From Sphingomonas sp. 28-63-12 (GTDB lineage Bacteria; Pseudomonadota; Alphaproteobacteria; Sphingomonadales; Sphingomonadaceae): 64,000 bases of DNA. Each line of letters begins with the position of its first letter. Positions within the stretch are counted from its first letter, which is position 1. This document shows, in pieces, positions 54,192 through 64,000 of this stretch. A program made the translations under genes and the position numbers. The stretch is from assembly GCF_002281535.1 (NCBI RefSeq), contig NZ_NCGD01000006.1; one strand, 5' to 3'. The notes beneath the pieces were generated by a model that was not told where the DNA came from, ran no database searches, and saw only the letters and a list, made by a program, of their open reading frames with translations.

Positions 54192-55442
54192 CCGCCGCCA
54201 ATAGAGCGGCAGCCCGGTCAGCATCAGGACAAAGGCAAGCCCGGCCGCCTCCACCCCCGCGCCCCACATTGCCCAGGCGGTGAAGGGCAATCCGATCGCG
54301 GCGAACGGCACCGCCACGCGCTTGAACAGCGCGCCCAGGCAGATCGCCACATACAGCCACAGGCTGGAACAGGTCGTCACCAGTGCGGCAAATTCGAAGA
54401 CCCCGCTCAGCGATTTGCTCGCGTTCGAGAGCACCAGCAGGCTCGACAACACCGACGACAGGATATGCACGCCAACCGGTACATCGCGTCGATTGACGCC
54501 CGCGAACCAGCCCGGCAAGAGCCCGGCGCGCGCCATGGCGAGCGGTGTTTCTCCCTGCAGCAGCACGAACGCATTGAGCGCACCGATCGCGGCAATCGCG
54601 GCGAACGCCGCCACTGCCAGCGCTGGCCCCCGCCCCCAATATGTCTCGACGAACAACTGGAAAGGCGCCGCCGACGCCTGCAACGCTGCCATCGGCAGCG
54701 TGGCGACAATCCCCGTGCAGACGATCAGGTAGATCAGCCCGACCACCGCCGTGCCGAGCATCGTCGCACGCATGATCGTTGACCCAGGATTGTGCACCCG
54801 ACCGGCGGCGATGCTGGCGCATTCGAAACCAAGCAGCGGAAACAGCGTCAAGGTCACCACCGCGGTGAGGCCGCTAAACGCTGTGCCGATGCCCGGCAGC
54901 GGCGGCAGCCGCGTGGAGCCACCATAGGCCAGCGCCGCCAATATGCCGATCACCACGATCAGCGGCAGCAGCTTCAGCGCCGTCGTCACCACCTGAAACT
55001 GGCCCGCCGCCTTGGCGCCGCGCATGTTGAGCAGCGTCAGCAGCCAGATCAGCGTGACCGACGTCAGCGCGCCGGCCAGCGGCGTCGCGTTCAATGCCGG
55101 CACAAACACCACGATATAACTGGTCGCGGCAATGGCGATCGCGGCATTGGCCGCCCAGCACCCAACCCAATAGCTCCAGCCGACCAGCACCCCCGGCACC
55201 GGCCCCAGCGCCGCGCCCGCCACCGCAATCGCGCCGCTGGCCTCGGGCGTCGCGTCACTCAACCGCCCGAGCGTATAGGCAATGCACAGCACGCCGGTGA
55301 TGCTGATGATCCAACCGATCACGCCGGTCCAGCCGAACGGCGCAATGCTGATCGGCAGCAAAAAGATGCCCGATCCGATCATCGACCCGACGACAAACGC
55401 GCTCGCTGTCCAAATGCCGAAAGGTCGAATCTCGGTCGTCAT
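54156..55442 (-). CDS. APC-family amino acid permease
   Basis: 12-TM profile; N-terminal VVGSMIGSGIF motif. Confidence 0.8.
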   Translation of the reverse strand: MTTEIRPFGIWTASAFVVGSMIGSGIFLLPISIAPFGWTGVIGWIISITGVLCIAYTLGRLSDATPEASGAIAVAGAALGPVPGVLVGWSYWVGCWAANAAIAIAATSYIVVFVPALNATPLAGALTSVTLIWLLTLLNMRGAKAAGQFQVVTTALKLLPLIVVIGILAALAYGGSTRLPPLPGIGTAFSGLTAVVTLTLFPLLGFECASIAAGRVHNPGSTIMRATMLGTAVVGLIYLIVCTGIVATLPMAALQASAAPFQLFVETYWGRGPALAVAAFAAIAAIGALNAFVLLQGETPLAMARAGLLPGWFAGVNRRDVPVGVHILSSVLSSLLVLSNASKSLSGVFEFAALVTTCSSLWLYVAICLGALFKRVAVPFAAIGLPFTAWAMWGAGVEAAGLAFVLMLTGLPLYWRRSGHRPLAEQPA

Positions 55443-55502
55443 TCCTGCTGCCCCCCGGCCCTTGATGCCGAAGTGAAGCAGGTTTCGCCGCCCCGCGATA
55501 GC

Positions 55503-55543
55503 CCGCCCCGCCTACCGCCCCGCCTACCGCCCCGCCTGCCGCC
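55503..55543. repeat. 12-bp tandem repeat CCGCCCCGCCTA x3.4 spanning the stop codon of the GH42 gene
   Basis: Units lie at 55503-14, 55515-26 and 55527-38 (1 mismatch), plus a partial unit. On the coding strand they read ..AGR*AGR*. Confidence 0.7.
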
Positions 55544-57461
55544 AGGCCGCGACACCAGCGGGTGGCATCCGCGCCTCGCCAATCACGAAAGAATGATCGC
55601 CACGGGCGCCCAGCTCAATCGGTTCAGGGCCATAGTTGAAGGCGAACGTCACGTCGCCCGCCCGCCGCAATCGCACATCGCGGGGCAAAGGCGCGATCGT
55701 GATCCCGGCCGCGCTGGCCATGGTTTTAAAGAGCCGCGCGAGCAGCGCCGGATCGGGCCAGCCCGCCAGATACCGTATGGCGCCCTGCCGATAGACGATA
55801 CCGCGCCCGTCAAGCAGCGCGATATCGGGCTCAACCAAAGACTCGACATACTCGAACCAGCGCGAAATCATGAAGCCATCGCCCTGCTCTTCCAGCCCCT
55901 CGCGCAGGGATTCCACGCGAGAAATGGTGATCGGAATCGCGTCGTGCAGGGTACCGGGCGGCAGTCCTTGCGGGATCTGGAAATCGCGCGTGCGGCTGCC
56001 GCTGCGCGGACCGAACAGCACCGGCACGCCAAGCCCCGCCAGTCGCCCGACCAAAGCCGTATCGAGGATCGGCAGCGATGGCGCCACGACCATCTTGTAG
56101 CCATCGAGCACGGCATCGGGCGGCAGGATATCGACGTCCAGACCCAGCTGCCGCAGCGCCGCATAAAAGGCGAAGACCAGTTCCATATAGCGGAAACTTT
56201 GCCCCTGCGGCTGCGCCTCGAAAAGCCAGGCAGCCTCGTAGGAAAACAGCAAGGCGACCGATTGGGGCGGCGGCCCGAGCGCACCTAGCGTCGCCAGATC
56301 AGCCGCCGCCGCGCGTGCCTCGTGCGCGCCGACATCATCGACACTATCGGGCCGGAGCAGCCCGGCATGGTGCATTTCCTGACCGAACGGTGCCTGCCGC
56401 CAGCGGAAATAGCTGACCAGTTCAGCCCCGTGTGCAGCGGCCTCCAGCGTCCACAGCCGCACCATGCCGGGCAACGGCGCGGGATTGTGCGCAGCCCAGT
56501 TCACTGGCCCCGGCTGCTGCTCCATCACCCACCAGCGCCCTTTGGTGCAGCCACGATACAGGTCGTGGTGGAAGGCGGCGATATCCGGGTGGCCCTGGCG
56601 TGCATAACGCAGCTTGTCGTCACGGCCGAACCAGAATTGTTCGAGGAAACCGATCGGGTAGCTGTCCCACGTTGCCACATCGAGATCGCGGCTGAGCGCG
56701 TGGTGATCGAACTCAGTGAAGAAGCCCATATAATTATGGACGATATCGCGGCCAGACGTCCCTTCACGCAGGATGTCCACCTGCAGCCGATTGAACGCGA
56801 CAACCTCGTCCGAAGCGAACCGGCGATAGTCCAGCACATGCGCCGGGTTGGGCTCAGTGACGGTCAGGTTCGGCGGATCGATCTCGTCAAAGCCGCGATA
56901 GTCCATGCTCCAGAAGACATTGCCCCAGGCCGTGTTGAGCGCGGCGATATCGGCATATTGGCCCGCCAGCCAACGGCGAAACCCCTGCGCCGCACTCTCC
57001 GAATAGCTGACGATCGTATCGTGGCAGCCATATTCATTATCCGTCTGCCACGCGACAATGCCGGGGTGATTGCCGTATCGCTCCACAAGCGCCGCCGTGA
57101 TCCGCGCGCATTCAGCGCGATAGCCGAGATGCGAGAAGCAATAATGCCGCCGCGAGCCGAAGCGCCGTTCGCGTCCCAGCGCGTCGATAGCGAGCATGTC
57201 GGGCATCTTGTCGACCAGCCATTTCGGCGGGGTCGCGGTCGGCGTGCCCAGGATGATCCCCAGCCCCGCCGCGTGGAGCGTGTCAATTGCACGGTCGAGC
57301 CAGCCCCAATCATACCGCCAGGGCTGCGGCTCGATCCGGCTCCAGGCGAATTCGCCGATCCGCACGCGGGTCAGCCCCATCGCGACCATCCGGCGGGCGT
57401 CTTCAGCCCATATCTCTTCAGGCCAATGTTCGGGATAATAGCAGCAGCCCAGGCGCATCAT
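55524..57461 (-). CDS. Beta-galactosidase, GH42 family
   Basis: From MMRLGCCYYPEHWP; the WQTDNEYG catalytic region is present. ATGA overlap with the upstream GH36 gene. Confidence 0.85.
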   Translation of the reverse strand: MMRLGCCYYPEHWPEEIWAEDARRMVAMGLTRVRIGEFAWSRIEPQPWRYDWGWLDRAIDTLHAAGLGIILGTPTATPPKWLVDKMPDMLAIDALGRERRFGSRRHYCFSHLGYRAECARITAALVERYGNHPGIVAWQTDNEYGCHDTIVSYSESAAQGFRRWLAGQYADIAALNTAWGNVFWSMDYRGFDEIDPPNLTVTEPNPAHVLDYRRFASDEVVAFNRLQVDILREGTSGRDIVHNYMGFFTEFDHHALSRDLDVATWDSYPIGFLEQFWFGRDDKLRYARQGHPDIAAFHHDLYRGCTKGRWWVMEQQPGPVNWAAHNPAPLPGMVRLWTLEAAAHGAELVSYFRWRQAPFGQEMHHAGLLRPDSVDDVGAHEARAAAADLATLGALGPPPQSVALLFSYEAAWLFEAQPQGQSFRYMELVFAFYAALRQLGLDVDILPPDAVLDGYKMVVAPSLPILDTALVGRLAGLGVPVLFGPRSGSRTRDFQIPQGLPPGTLHDAIPITISRVESLREGLEEQGDGFMISRWFEYVESLVEPDIALLDGRGIVYRQGAIRYLAGWPDPALLARLFKTMASAAGITIAPLPRDVRLRRAGDVTFAFNYGPEPIELGARGDHSFVIGEARMPPAGVAAWRQAGR

Positions 57462-59623
57462 TGCCCGAAATCCATGCGTTCGAGATAGACGATATGCGCC
57501 GTGGCCGGACGCGCCAGCGGCAGCACGATCCCCGCCTCTGCCAGCATCCGCCCGCTCAGCGTCCAGTTCCACACCCCATTGGGCGGGTCGTCATGATCGC
57601 CGAGCGGATAGGCGATGATGTAGCGCATGTCAGGCTGCAGCCCAGGGAAGCGGACTGGCGGGGCGTTGTAATCGCCCGCCATCTCGGTACGCGCGACCAG
57701 GGCGAGCGCGCGGCCCTGATGCTCGATCATCGTGCCGAACAAGCCGGGGTCCTCGAAGCTGAGGTCGCTGACCACGCCATTATGCAGGAGCTCGCGATAT
57801 AATTTATAGCAGGCGATGTGCGCGGCGAGCGTCTCGCGGTCAGCCTCGCTCATCGCTGCCGGATCGGCCTCGACCCCCATATGCCCAAACATCGCCACCT
57901 TCGCCCGAAAATCCATCGGCAGCATCCGGCCGGTGATCGGGTTGGGGCTGGGGCCGACATGATTGCCCATCACCTCGGGCGGCAGAAACAGGTTCCAGGC
58001 GCGATTGATCCGCAGGCGCTCGATCGCGTCGTTATTGTCGCTCGGCCAGACCCGGTGACATCGGCTGAGCATGCCGTAATCGATCCGGCCGCCACCGCTC
58101 GCGCAGCTTTCGATCTCGACCCGGGGATGCGCCGCGCGAAGCCGATCGATCAGCGCGTAGAGCGCCAGCGTTTGCGCGTGGCCAACCCCGTCATTGGGGA
58201 AAAGCTCGCGGTTATGGTCCCATTTGAGATAGGCGATCCGGTGCGCCGACAGCAGGCCATTGAGCTTGCCGTACAGATGCTCGCTCACCGCCGGCCGGGC
58301 GAGATCGAGCATCAGTTGGTGCCGCTGGGTGGGGCGATCAAATCCGGTCCGGTGCAGGCACCAATCGGGATGCGCGCGGTATAGGTCGCTATCGGGGCTG
58401 ACCATTTCGGGTTCGACCCACAGGCCGAAATCCATATCGAGCTCACCGACATACTCGATCAATCGATCGAGGCCCTTGGGGAAGCGCTCCTGATCGGCGG
58501 TCCAGTCGCCCAGACTGGTGGTGTCGTCGCGCCGCCCGGCAAACCAGCCGTCATCGACGACAAAGCGTTCGGCACCGATCTGGTAGGCAGCATCGGCAAG
58601 CCGGGCGAGCCGCATGTCGTCCATCCCGAACGCCACCGCTTCCCAGCTGTTCAGATGGACACGACGCGCTGGCCAGTCGGCGCGGCCCGGCAAGACGCCG
58701 TCGCGCAGGTGGCGATGCATCGCGCGGCGCACGCCATTCCTGCCGCCATTAACGATGGCCATCACCGCATCGGGTGTGGTGAAACGCGCGCCCGGACGAA
58801 GCATGACCTCACCAGGATCAAGCCGCGCGCCGATTTGCACGATCGCGCCATCGGCATCATGCTCAATGACCGTCTCGTGATCCCCGCTCCAAGCGAGATG
58901 GAGCGCAATGCCAAGGCCATGATCGGCGGCAAAGCCCGGCTCATGCGCGATTAGCCAGTTCGCCCCGTCAAAGCCCGGCCGCCCGCCGCGCGACTCGCCG
59001 CCGCTGCGCCCATGCGGGATCGGCGCGGTGTCCTCCCGCATCTCCCCCGCCCAGCGCCCATGAAAGCGGGTGGCGTGCGTCGCCCAGCCCGGCAGCGGCA
59101 GAGCAACGCTGGCGATGCGGTCAATGGCGAGCGCGGTGTCGCCGATGTTGAGGATGGTGCTGCTGGCACGCACGACATCACCAGCGCTGATCACCCAGTC
59201 GATCAGCACCCGAACGCCGGCAGCCATATCCTCAAGCACCAGATGCGCCGATCGGCCCGCGATCAACGAGCCTTCGCCCAGCACAAGATCGACTGGCAGC
59301 AACGCATCGCCGCGCCGTGCCGCGAGCGCCGGCAGGCCCAGATAGCCGCGCCCTGCCTGGGGCCAGATCGTCGCCAATCGAGCGATGTCGGGCTGCGACC
59401 CGTGGCGCTTTCGCTGCAGCGCAATTTCAAGCGCGTGCAAGTCTTCGTCATCGGGCAATTTACCGCCTGCATACAGCAGCAAGAGCGACTCATCGAGATG
59501 GAGTCCAAAGACAAGGGTGATGCCGTCTCCGTCAATCCGATAGGGGATGCACTCCCAGTAATCGCTGTCGTCTTCGCGCCAGCCGTCGTCGGCATCATCG
59601 CTGTTGGTCTGGTCGCTGGTCAT
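57458..59623 (-). CDS. Alpha-galactosidase, GH36 family
   Basis: From MTSDQTN; the FVVDDGWF, KWDHNR and CASGGGR motifs are present. Confidence 0.85.
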   Translation of the reverse strand: MTSDQTNSDDADDGWREDDSDYWECIPYRIDGDGITLVFGLHLDESLLLLYAGGKLPDDEDLHALEIALQRKRHGSQPDIARLATIWPQAGRGYLGLPALAARRGDALLPVDLVLGEGSLIAGRSAHLVLEDMAAGVRVLIDWVISAGDVVRASSTILNIGDTALAIDRIASVALPLPGWATHATRFHGRWAGEMREDTAPIPHGRSGGESRGGRPGFDGANWLIAHEPGFAADHGLGIALHLAWSGDHETVIEHDADGAIVQIGARLDPGEVMLRPGARFTTPDAVMAIVNGGRNGVRRAMHRHLRDGVLPGRADWPARRVHLNSWEAVAFGMDDMRLARLADAAYQIGAERFVVDDGWFAGRRDDTTSLGDWTADQERFPKGLDRLIEYVGELDMDFGLWVEPEMVSPDSDLYRAHPDWCLHRTGFDRPTQRHQLMLDLARPAVSEHLYGKLNGLLSAHRIAYLKWDHNRELFPNDGVGHAQTLALYALIDRLRAAHPRVEIESCASGGGRIDYGMLSRCHRVWPSDNNDAIERLRINRAWNLFLPPEVMGNHVGPSPNPITGRMLPMDFRAKVAMFGHMGVEADPAAMSEADRETLAAHIACYKLYRELLHNGVVSDLSFEDPGLFGTMIEHQGRALALVARTEMAGDYNAPPVRFPGLQPDMRYIIAYPLGDHDDPPNGVWNWTLSGRMLAEAGIVLPLARPATAHIVYLERMDFGQ

Positions 59624-59708
59624 TCCGCGATCCTTGGACAAGCACCGCTTGCACGCAAGGTGCGACTGCCTATGCTCGCCGAAAAATCGGCCGCGGGAGT
59701 GGATTTGC

Positions 59709-61166
59709 ATGGCATTGAACGGCAGCGTCCAGATGGGCGTGGCGATCCTGTTGCTCGCCGCCATCGGTCTGGCGACCTGGCTCAAGGTGCGCCGCGCGCG
59801 CCACGACGGCAGCGAGAAGGACGTCTATCTCGCGGGCGGAGGCTTAAGCTGGGTGTTTGTCGCGGGGTCGATCACCCTCACCAACCTGTCGACCGATCAG
59901 CTGGTCGGCATGAACGGCAACCAGATGCTGCTGCTCGCCTGGTGGGAGATATCCGGCTTCATCGGCCTGCTGATCCTCGCGCTCGTCTTCGTGCCGATCT
60001 ATTATCGCAACGATTGCACGACCGTCACCGAGCTGCTCGACCGACGCTACCAGGGCGATACCCGCAGCGTCCGCACGCTGATCTCCGCGCTCTTCCTGTT
60101 CGGCAACATCCTGATTTACCTGCCCGCCGGCCTGTACAGCGGCGCATTGTTTCTGAATTCGCTGTTCGGCGGCGACACGCCGCTGATCGTCTTTGCGATC
60201 GTCTTGGCCGTGATCAGCGCGACCTATACCATCCTGGGCGGCCTGCGCGCGGTGGCGGTGATGGACACCTTTTCGGGCTTCGGCGTGCTGGCAATTGCGG
60301 TACTGATCGTTGTGCTGGCGCTGGCGGCGGTGAATTACGACCTGTTCGGCGGCGTGCCAGTCGAGCGCACATCAATGATCGGCGGGGCGGATTCGCCAAT
60401 CCCGTTCCACACATTGTTCACCGGCATGATCTTCATCCAGATCTTCTATTGGTCGACTAACCAGAACATCACCCAGAAGGCGATGACCGCGCCGACGGTG
60501 CGCGAGGCGCAAAAGGGCGTGCTGGCGGCGGCCGCCATCCGCATCATGATCATCCCGATCATCGTCACCGTGCCCGGCGTCATCGCGTTCAAGCTGATTG
60601 GCGATGTGGGGGACAAGGCCTATGGGCTGCTGGTGGCGCAGGTGCTGCCGGGCTGGCTGTCAGGCGCGTTCGCGGCGATGATCGCCGCCGCCGTGATCGC
60701 GCATACCAGCGCGGTGCTGAACTCGACGGTCGCGCTTTATGCCGTCGATTTCCACAAGCCGTTCTTCGGCAAGGTGGCGGACCAATGGCGGCTGAGCATG
60801 ATCGTCACGATCATCGTCACGATCTCATCGGTGCTGCTGGTGCCGGTCTATGAAAACGCGACCAGCATCATCAATCTGCTGCAACAGCTGAACGGGTTGT
60901 CGTCGATGCCGATCCTGTCCGCCTTCATCGTCGGGCTGATGTTCCGCGGGGTCGGCGCGAGCGCGGCGACGGCGGGGGTGGTGTGGGGCGTGGCGCTGTA
61001 CGCGCTCTACAGCTTCGGCCTGCAGCCGGCGGGAATCGTGACGCTGCACTATATCGATTTCATGGTGATCACGCTGTTCAGCTCGGTGCTGTGCGCGCTG
61101 GCAATCAACCGTTTCATGCTCGGGCGGCGCGCGCAGTTTGTCGGCTGGCGGCGCGCTACCGCCTAA
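59709..61166 (+). CDS. Sodium:solute symporter (SSS/SGLT family)
   Basis: From MALNGSV; about 13 TM segments; the YLAGGGLSW motif typical of SSS N-termini. It is divergent from the glycosidase operon. Confidence 0.85.
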   Translation: MALNGSVQMGVAILLLAAIGLATWLKVRRARHDGSEKDVYLAGGGLSWVFVAGSITLTNLSTDQLVGMNGNQMLLLAWWEISGFIGLLILALVFVPIYYRNDCTTVTELLDRRYQGDTRSVRTLISALFLFGNILIYLPAGLYSGALFLNSLFGGDTPLIVFAIVLAVISATYTILGGLRAVAVMDTFSGFGVLAIAVLIVVLALAAVNYDLFGGVPVERTSMIGGADSPIPFHTLFTGMIFIQIFYWSTNQNITQKAMTAPTVREAQKGVLAAAAIRIMIIPIIVTVPGVIAFKLIGDVGDKAYGLLVAQVLPGWLSGAFAAMIAAAVIAHTSAVLNSTVALYAVDFHKPFFGKVADQWRLSMIVTIIVTISSVLLVPVYENATSIINLLQQLNGLSSMPILSAFIVGLMFRGVGASAATAGVVWGVALYALYSFGLQPAGIVTLHYIDFMVITLFSSVLCALAINRFMLGRRAQFVGWRRATA

Positions 61167-61173
61167 CGCCGGC

Positions 61174-61674
61174 CTACCAGAATTGAGTCCCGGGCGGCCC
61201 CTTGAACGGCCCCGCCACGGCGCTGGTGATCCAGCCGCCGTAAAAGCCGCCCGGCTGCGGCGTCACCTTCTCACCATTCACGAAGCAAGCGTCCATCGGG
61301 CCGGCATAAAAGGCGATATGATCCGTCAGGCACGCGAACGCGCGGGTCGGCGCGGGATAGGCCCAGCCGACACGGTTGGCCCGCCTGGTCGGCCCGACCA
61401 CGTCGAGATAGCGGGCCTGCCCCTTCCATTCGCAGATGCTGGCCGATCCCCCCGCCAGCGCCAACATCGCCTGATCGACATCGACGGGCGGGAAATAATA
61501 GCTTGGCGGGTGGCTCGTCTCAAGCGTACGCACGCCATGGCGCGTCTCGGCGAGTACGCGGCCATCGAACAGGATACGCAGATGCACGTCGGTCAGCTCG
61601 GCAATGGCCGGGCGCGGATAATCCCACACGCTTTCCTGGCCGGGGCGGACGAGATCGGGGCTCGGGTGGCGCAT
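61174..61674 (-). CDS. DUF427 domain protein
   Basis: 166 aa; the YYFP and CEWKGQA motifs are characteristic of DUF427. Confidence 0.7.
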   Translation of the reverse strand: MRHPSPDLVRPGQESVWDYPRPAIAELTDVHLRILFDGRVLAETRHGVRTLETSHPPSYYFPPVDVDQAMLALAGGSASICEWKGQARYLDVVGPTRRANRVGWAYPAPTRAFACLTDHIAFYAGPMDACFVNGEKVTPQPGGFYGGWITSAVAGPFKGPPGTQFW

Positions 61675-61779
61675 GCCGGCTGTTCCTTCAGGGCGAAGCC
61701 TTTGCCTTACGACTGATTGCCCTTTCCCGCGATACGGCCATCGGGCCGCCCCTGTTGATCCGGGCGTTCAGGTTGGGGT

Positions 61780-62172
61780 TCACGCCGGCGGCGGGACCAG
61801 GCCCCAGATCTTCATCAGCACCGCCTGCGCGATCATCACGATCAGCCAGTGGGCGCAATCGACGATCACGGTCCGGGGCTCCAGCCCGCGATAGCTGAGC
61901 GTGACCGCAAGGACCGGCAGCACAAAACCCGCCCAGATCACCACAGCGCTGCCCACGGCCATGATCCAGGGATCGGCCTTTGCGGGCGCCAGGATCAGGG
62001 CCCCGGCGAGGATCGACGCTAACCAGAATTGCGCCAAGGCCGCCAGCAGGATCAGCCCGATCGACGGCGTCCTAGCACCACCACCGGCGAGCAGATGATG
62101 CGCGGTATCGATGCCAAGCCCCAGCGCGGTCGCGGCGAGGATCGGCAGCAGGTTGAGAAGAATATAGATCAT
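61780..62172 (-). CDS. Hypothetical membrane protein (DUF1761-like)
   Basis: 130 aa, 4 hydrophobic helices. This is a weak family assignment. Confidence 0.5.
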   Translation of the reverse strand: MIYILLNLLPILAATALGLGIDTAHHLLAGGGARTPSIGLILLAALAQFWLASILAGALILAPAKADPWIMAVGSAVVIWAGFVLPVLAVTLSYRGLEPRTVIVDCAHWLIVMIAQAVLMKIWGLVPPPA

Positions 62173-62358
62173 GCGCGAACCCCATCAGCCAGCCGTTCGG
62201 CCGCCTGGCCACGCTAACCGGGACATCGCCCTGCTGGCAACCATGCAACCAAAACTTGACGCACGGCCCGTTATGGCGCATCGCCCGATCGCTCGTCCGG
62301 CGTGTTCGCCGAGACCCGCCCCAGCCGCCCTTTTGCGGCGCACCCCAATTGGACGTCC

Positions 62359-64000
62359 ATGCCCTTCACCGCCCTCCCCCCGCTTCTGTCGGAAGCGCTC
62401 ACCGCCCGTGGTTATGCTGCCCCCACCCCCGTTCAGGCGCAGGTGATCGAACCCGATGCGCTTGGCCGCGACCTGATCGTTTCCGCGCAAACCGGATCGG
62501 GCAAGACCGTCGCCTTCGGGCTGGCGATGTCCGGCCAGATTCTTGACGAGAACGGCGCCCTTCCCTTCATTCGCGAACCGCTCGCGCTGGTCATCGCGCC
62601 CACGCGCGAACTGGCGTTGCAGGTCAGCCGTGAGCTGGCCTGGCTCTATGCCAAGCTCGGTGCGCGCATCGCCACCTGCGTTGGCGGCATGGATGCGGCC
62701 AAGGAACGCCGCAGCCTTTCCCAGGGCGCGCATATCGTCGTCGGCACGCCGGGCCGCTTGCGCGATCATCTCGAACGCGGCTCGCTCGACTTGCGCAGCT
62801 TGCGTGTCGCGGTGCTCGACGAGGCCGATGAGATGCTCGACATGGGCTTCCGCGAAGATCTCGAGCAGATTCTTGACGCAACGCCGTCCGAACGCCGCAC
62901 CTTGCTGTTTTCGGCGACGATCCCGAAGCCAATCCTCGCGCTCGCCAAGCGCTATCAGCGCGACGCGCTGCGCATCTCGACGGTTGGCGAGGATCGCGGG
63001 CATGGCGATATCAGCTATCAGGCCGTTACCGTCGCGCCTGCCGATATCGAGAATGTCGTCGTCAACCTGCTGCGTTTCCATGAGGCGGAGACGGCGATGC
63101 TGTTCTGCGCCACCCGTGACAATGTCCGCCATCTCCATGCCGGATTGACCGAGCGTGGGTTTGATGCCGTCGCCCTGTCGGGCGAGCATAGCCAGAATGA
63201 GCGCAACGCCGCCCTGCAGGCACTGCGCGATCAGCGCGCGCGCGTTTGCGTGGCGACCGATGTCGCCGCCCGCGGCATCGATCTGCCGTCGCTCAGCCTG
63301 GTCATCCATGTCGAGCTGCCGCGCGATGGCGAAGCACTCCAGCATCGGTCGGGGCGCACCGGCCGAGCCGGCAAAAAGGGCACCGCGATCCTGATCGTCC
63401 CCTATCCGCGCCGCCGGATGGTCGAATCGATGCTCCGCAATGCCAAGATCGAGGCCGACTGGATCAATCCGCCGTCGAGCGAGGACATTCGCAAGAATGA
63501 TCGCGAACGGCTGATCACCCAGTTGCTCGAACCGATCGAGATTGACGAGGACGATCGCGAGCTGGCCCAGCGCCTGCTCGCCGAGCGCAGCCCCGAGGAA
63601 ATCGCCGCGGCTCTGGTCCGCGCCTTCCGCGCCAAGATGCCGGCACCCGAGGAACTGATCGATCGCGACAAGCAGCCGCATGGCAGCGCCGAGGGTCACC
63701 GGGCGGGGTTTGAGGATACGGTCTGGTTCAAAATGGGCATCGGCCGCCGCCAGAATGCCGATCCGCGTTGGATATTGCCGCTGATCTGCCGTCGCGGTCA
63801 CATCACCAAGAACGAAATCGGCGCGATCCGGATCGGCGCGAACGAAACCTTCTTTCAGATCCCCCGCGCGGCCGCTGCCAAGTTCAAGGACTCGCTGAAA
63901 CGCACCGCAGGCGGCAGCGATGACGACGGTGGCGTCGAGATCGAGGCTTCGGCCACTGGTCCTGCTGCCGAAGGCGGCAATGATCGCCACAAGCGTGGCG
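62359..64000 (+). CDS. DEAD-box ATP-dependent RNA helicase with DbpA-type C-terminal RNA-binding domain (3-prime end outside window)
   Basis: I translated it by hand from ATG 62359. Motifs are the Q-motif TPVQ, AQTGSGKT, DEAD, SAT and HRSGRTGRAG. The frame stays open to the window end, so it is absent from the ORF track. Confidence 0.88.
   Translation, partial: MPFTALPPLLSEALTARGYAAPTPVQAQVIEPDALGRDLIVSAQTGSGKTVAFGLAMSGQILDENGALPFIREPLALVIAPTRELALQVSRELAWLYAKLGARIATCVGGMDAAKERRSLSQGAHIVVGTPGRLRDHLERGSLDLRSLRVAVLDEADEMLDMGFREDLEQILDATPSERRTLLFSATIPKPILALAKRYQRDALRISTVGEDRGHGDISYQAVTVAPADIENVVVNLLRFHEAETAMLFCATRDNVRHLHAGLTERGFDAVALSGEHSQNERNAALQALRDQRARVCVATDVAARGIDLPSLSLVIHVELPRDGEALQHRSGRTGRAGKKGTAILIVPYPRRRMVESMLRNAKIEADWINPPSSEDIRKNDRERLITQLLEPIEIDEDDRELAQRLLAERSPEEIAAALVRAFRAKMPAPEELIDRDKQPHGSAEGHRAGFEDTVWFKMGIGRRQNADPRWILPLICRRGHITKNEIGAIRIGANETFFQIPRAAAAKFKDSLKRTAGGSDDDGGVEIEASATGPAAEGGNDRHKRG

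Noticed and set aside
62185-63990. 601-aa minus-strand ORF, the longest in this part of the track
   Set aside because: It is fully antisense to an unambiguous DEAD-box helicase (AQTGSGKT, DEAD, SAT, HRSGRTGRAG) that the track omits because it runs off the window. This is a shadow ORF.

Overview
High-GC alphaproteobacterial (sphingomonad-like) DNA. Positions 1 to about 42.4 kb are the right-hand part of an integrative conjugative element (ICE); its left end and integrase lie outside the window. The backbone has a Tn4371-like organisation (assignment from memory): DUF2493, three diverged DUF736 genes, XRE/DUF6499-DUF2285 regulators, RepA-ParA-RHH, DUF2840, S26 TraF, lytic transglycosylase, relaxase, TraG, CopG, TrbBCDEJ(K)LFGI and DUF2274. 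About 15 kb of heterogeneous-GC cargo follows: a tripartite MFS efflux pump, then a redox/electrophile-stress block with OYE reductase, SDR, AhpD-like, peroxiredoxin-like and two GST genes, under four LysR/TetR regulators. The cargo ends about 0.6 kb from a tRNA-Arg(CCG) gene, which has a truncated second tRNA-Arg copy just upstream. From 42.7 kb on the window is ordinary core genome: nth, dapB, cobB, lepB-rnc-era, pgi, gor, a GH36/GH42/SSS galactoside cluster and a DEAD-box helicase. I did not find a clear multi-gene novel system. The best candidates are two orphan HNH-fold nuclease genes at non-backbone positions of the ICE, one of which has truncated an SRAP gene. Others are the multi-copy DUF736 set, a G-tract/purine-rich element upstream of the relaxase, iteron-like repeats between repA and parA, a frameshifted regulator, a 7-nt microsatellite, tandem low-GC membrane paralogues and the tRNA-Arg scar. 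All family names come from my recognition of motifs in the translations; no searches were run.
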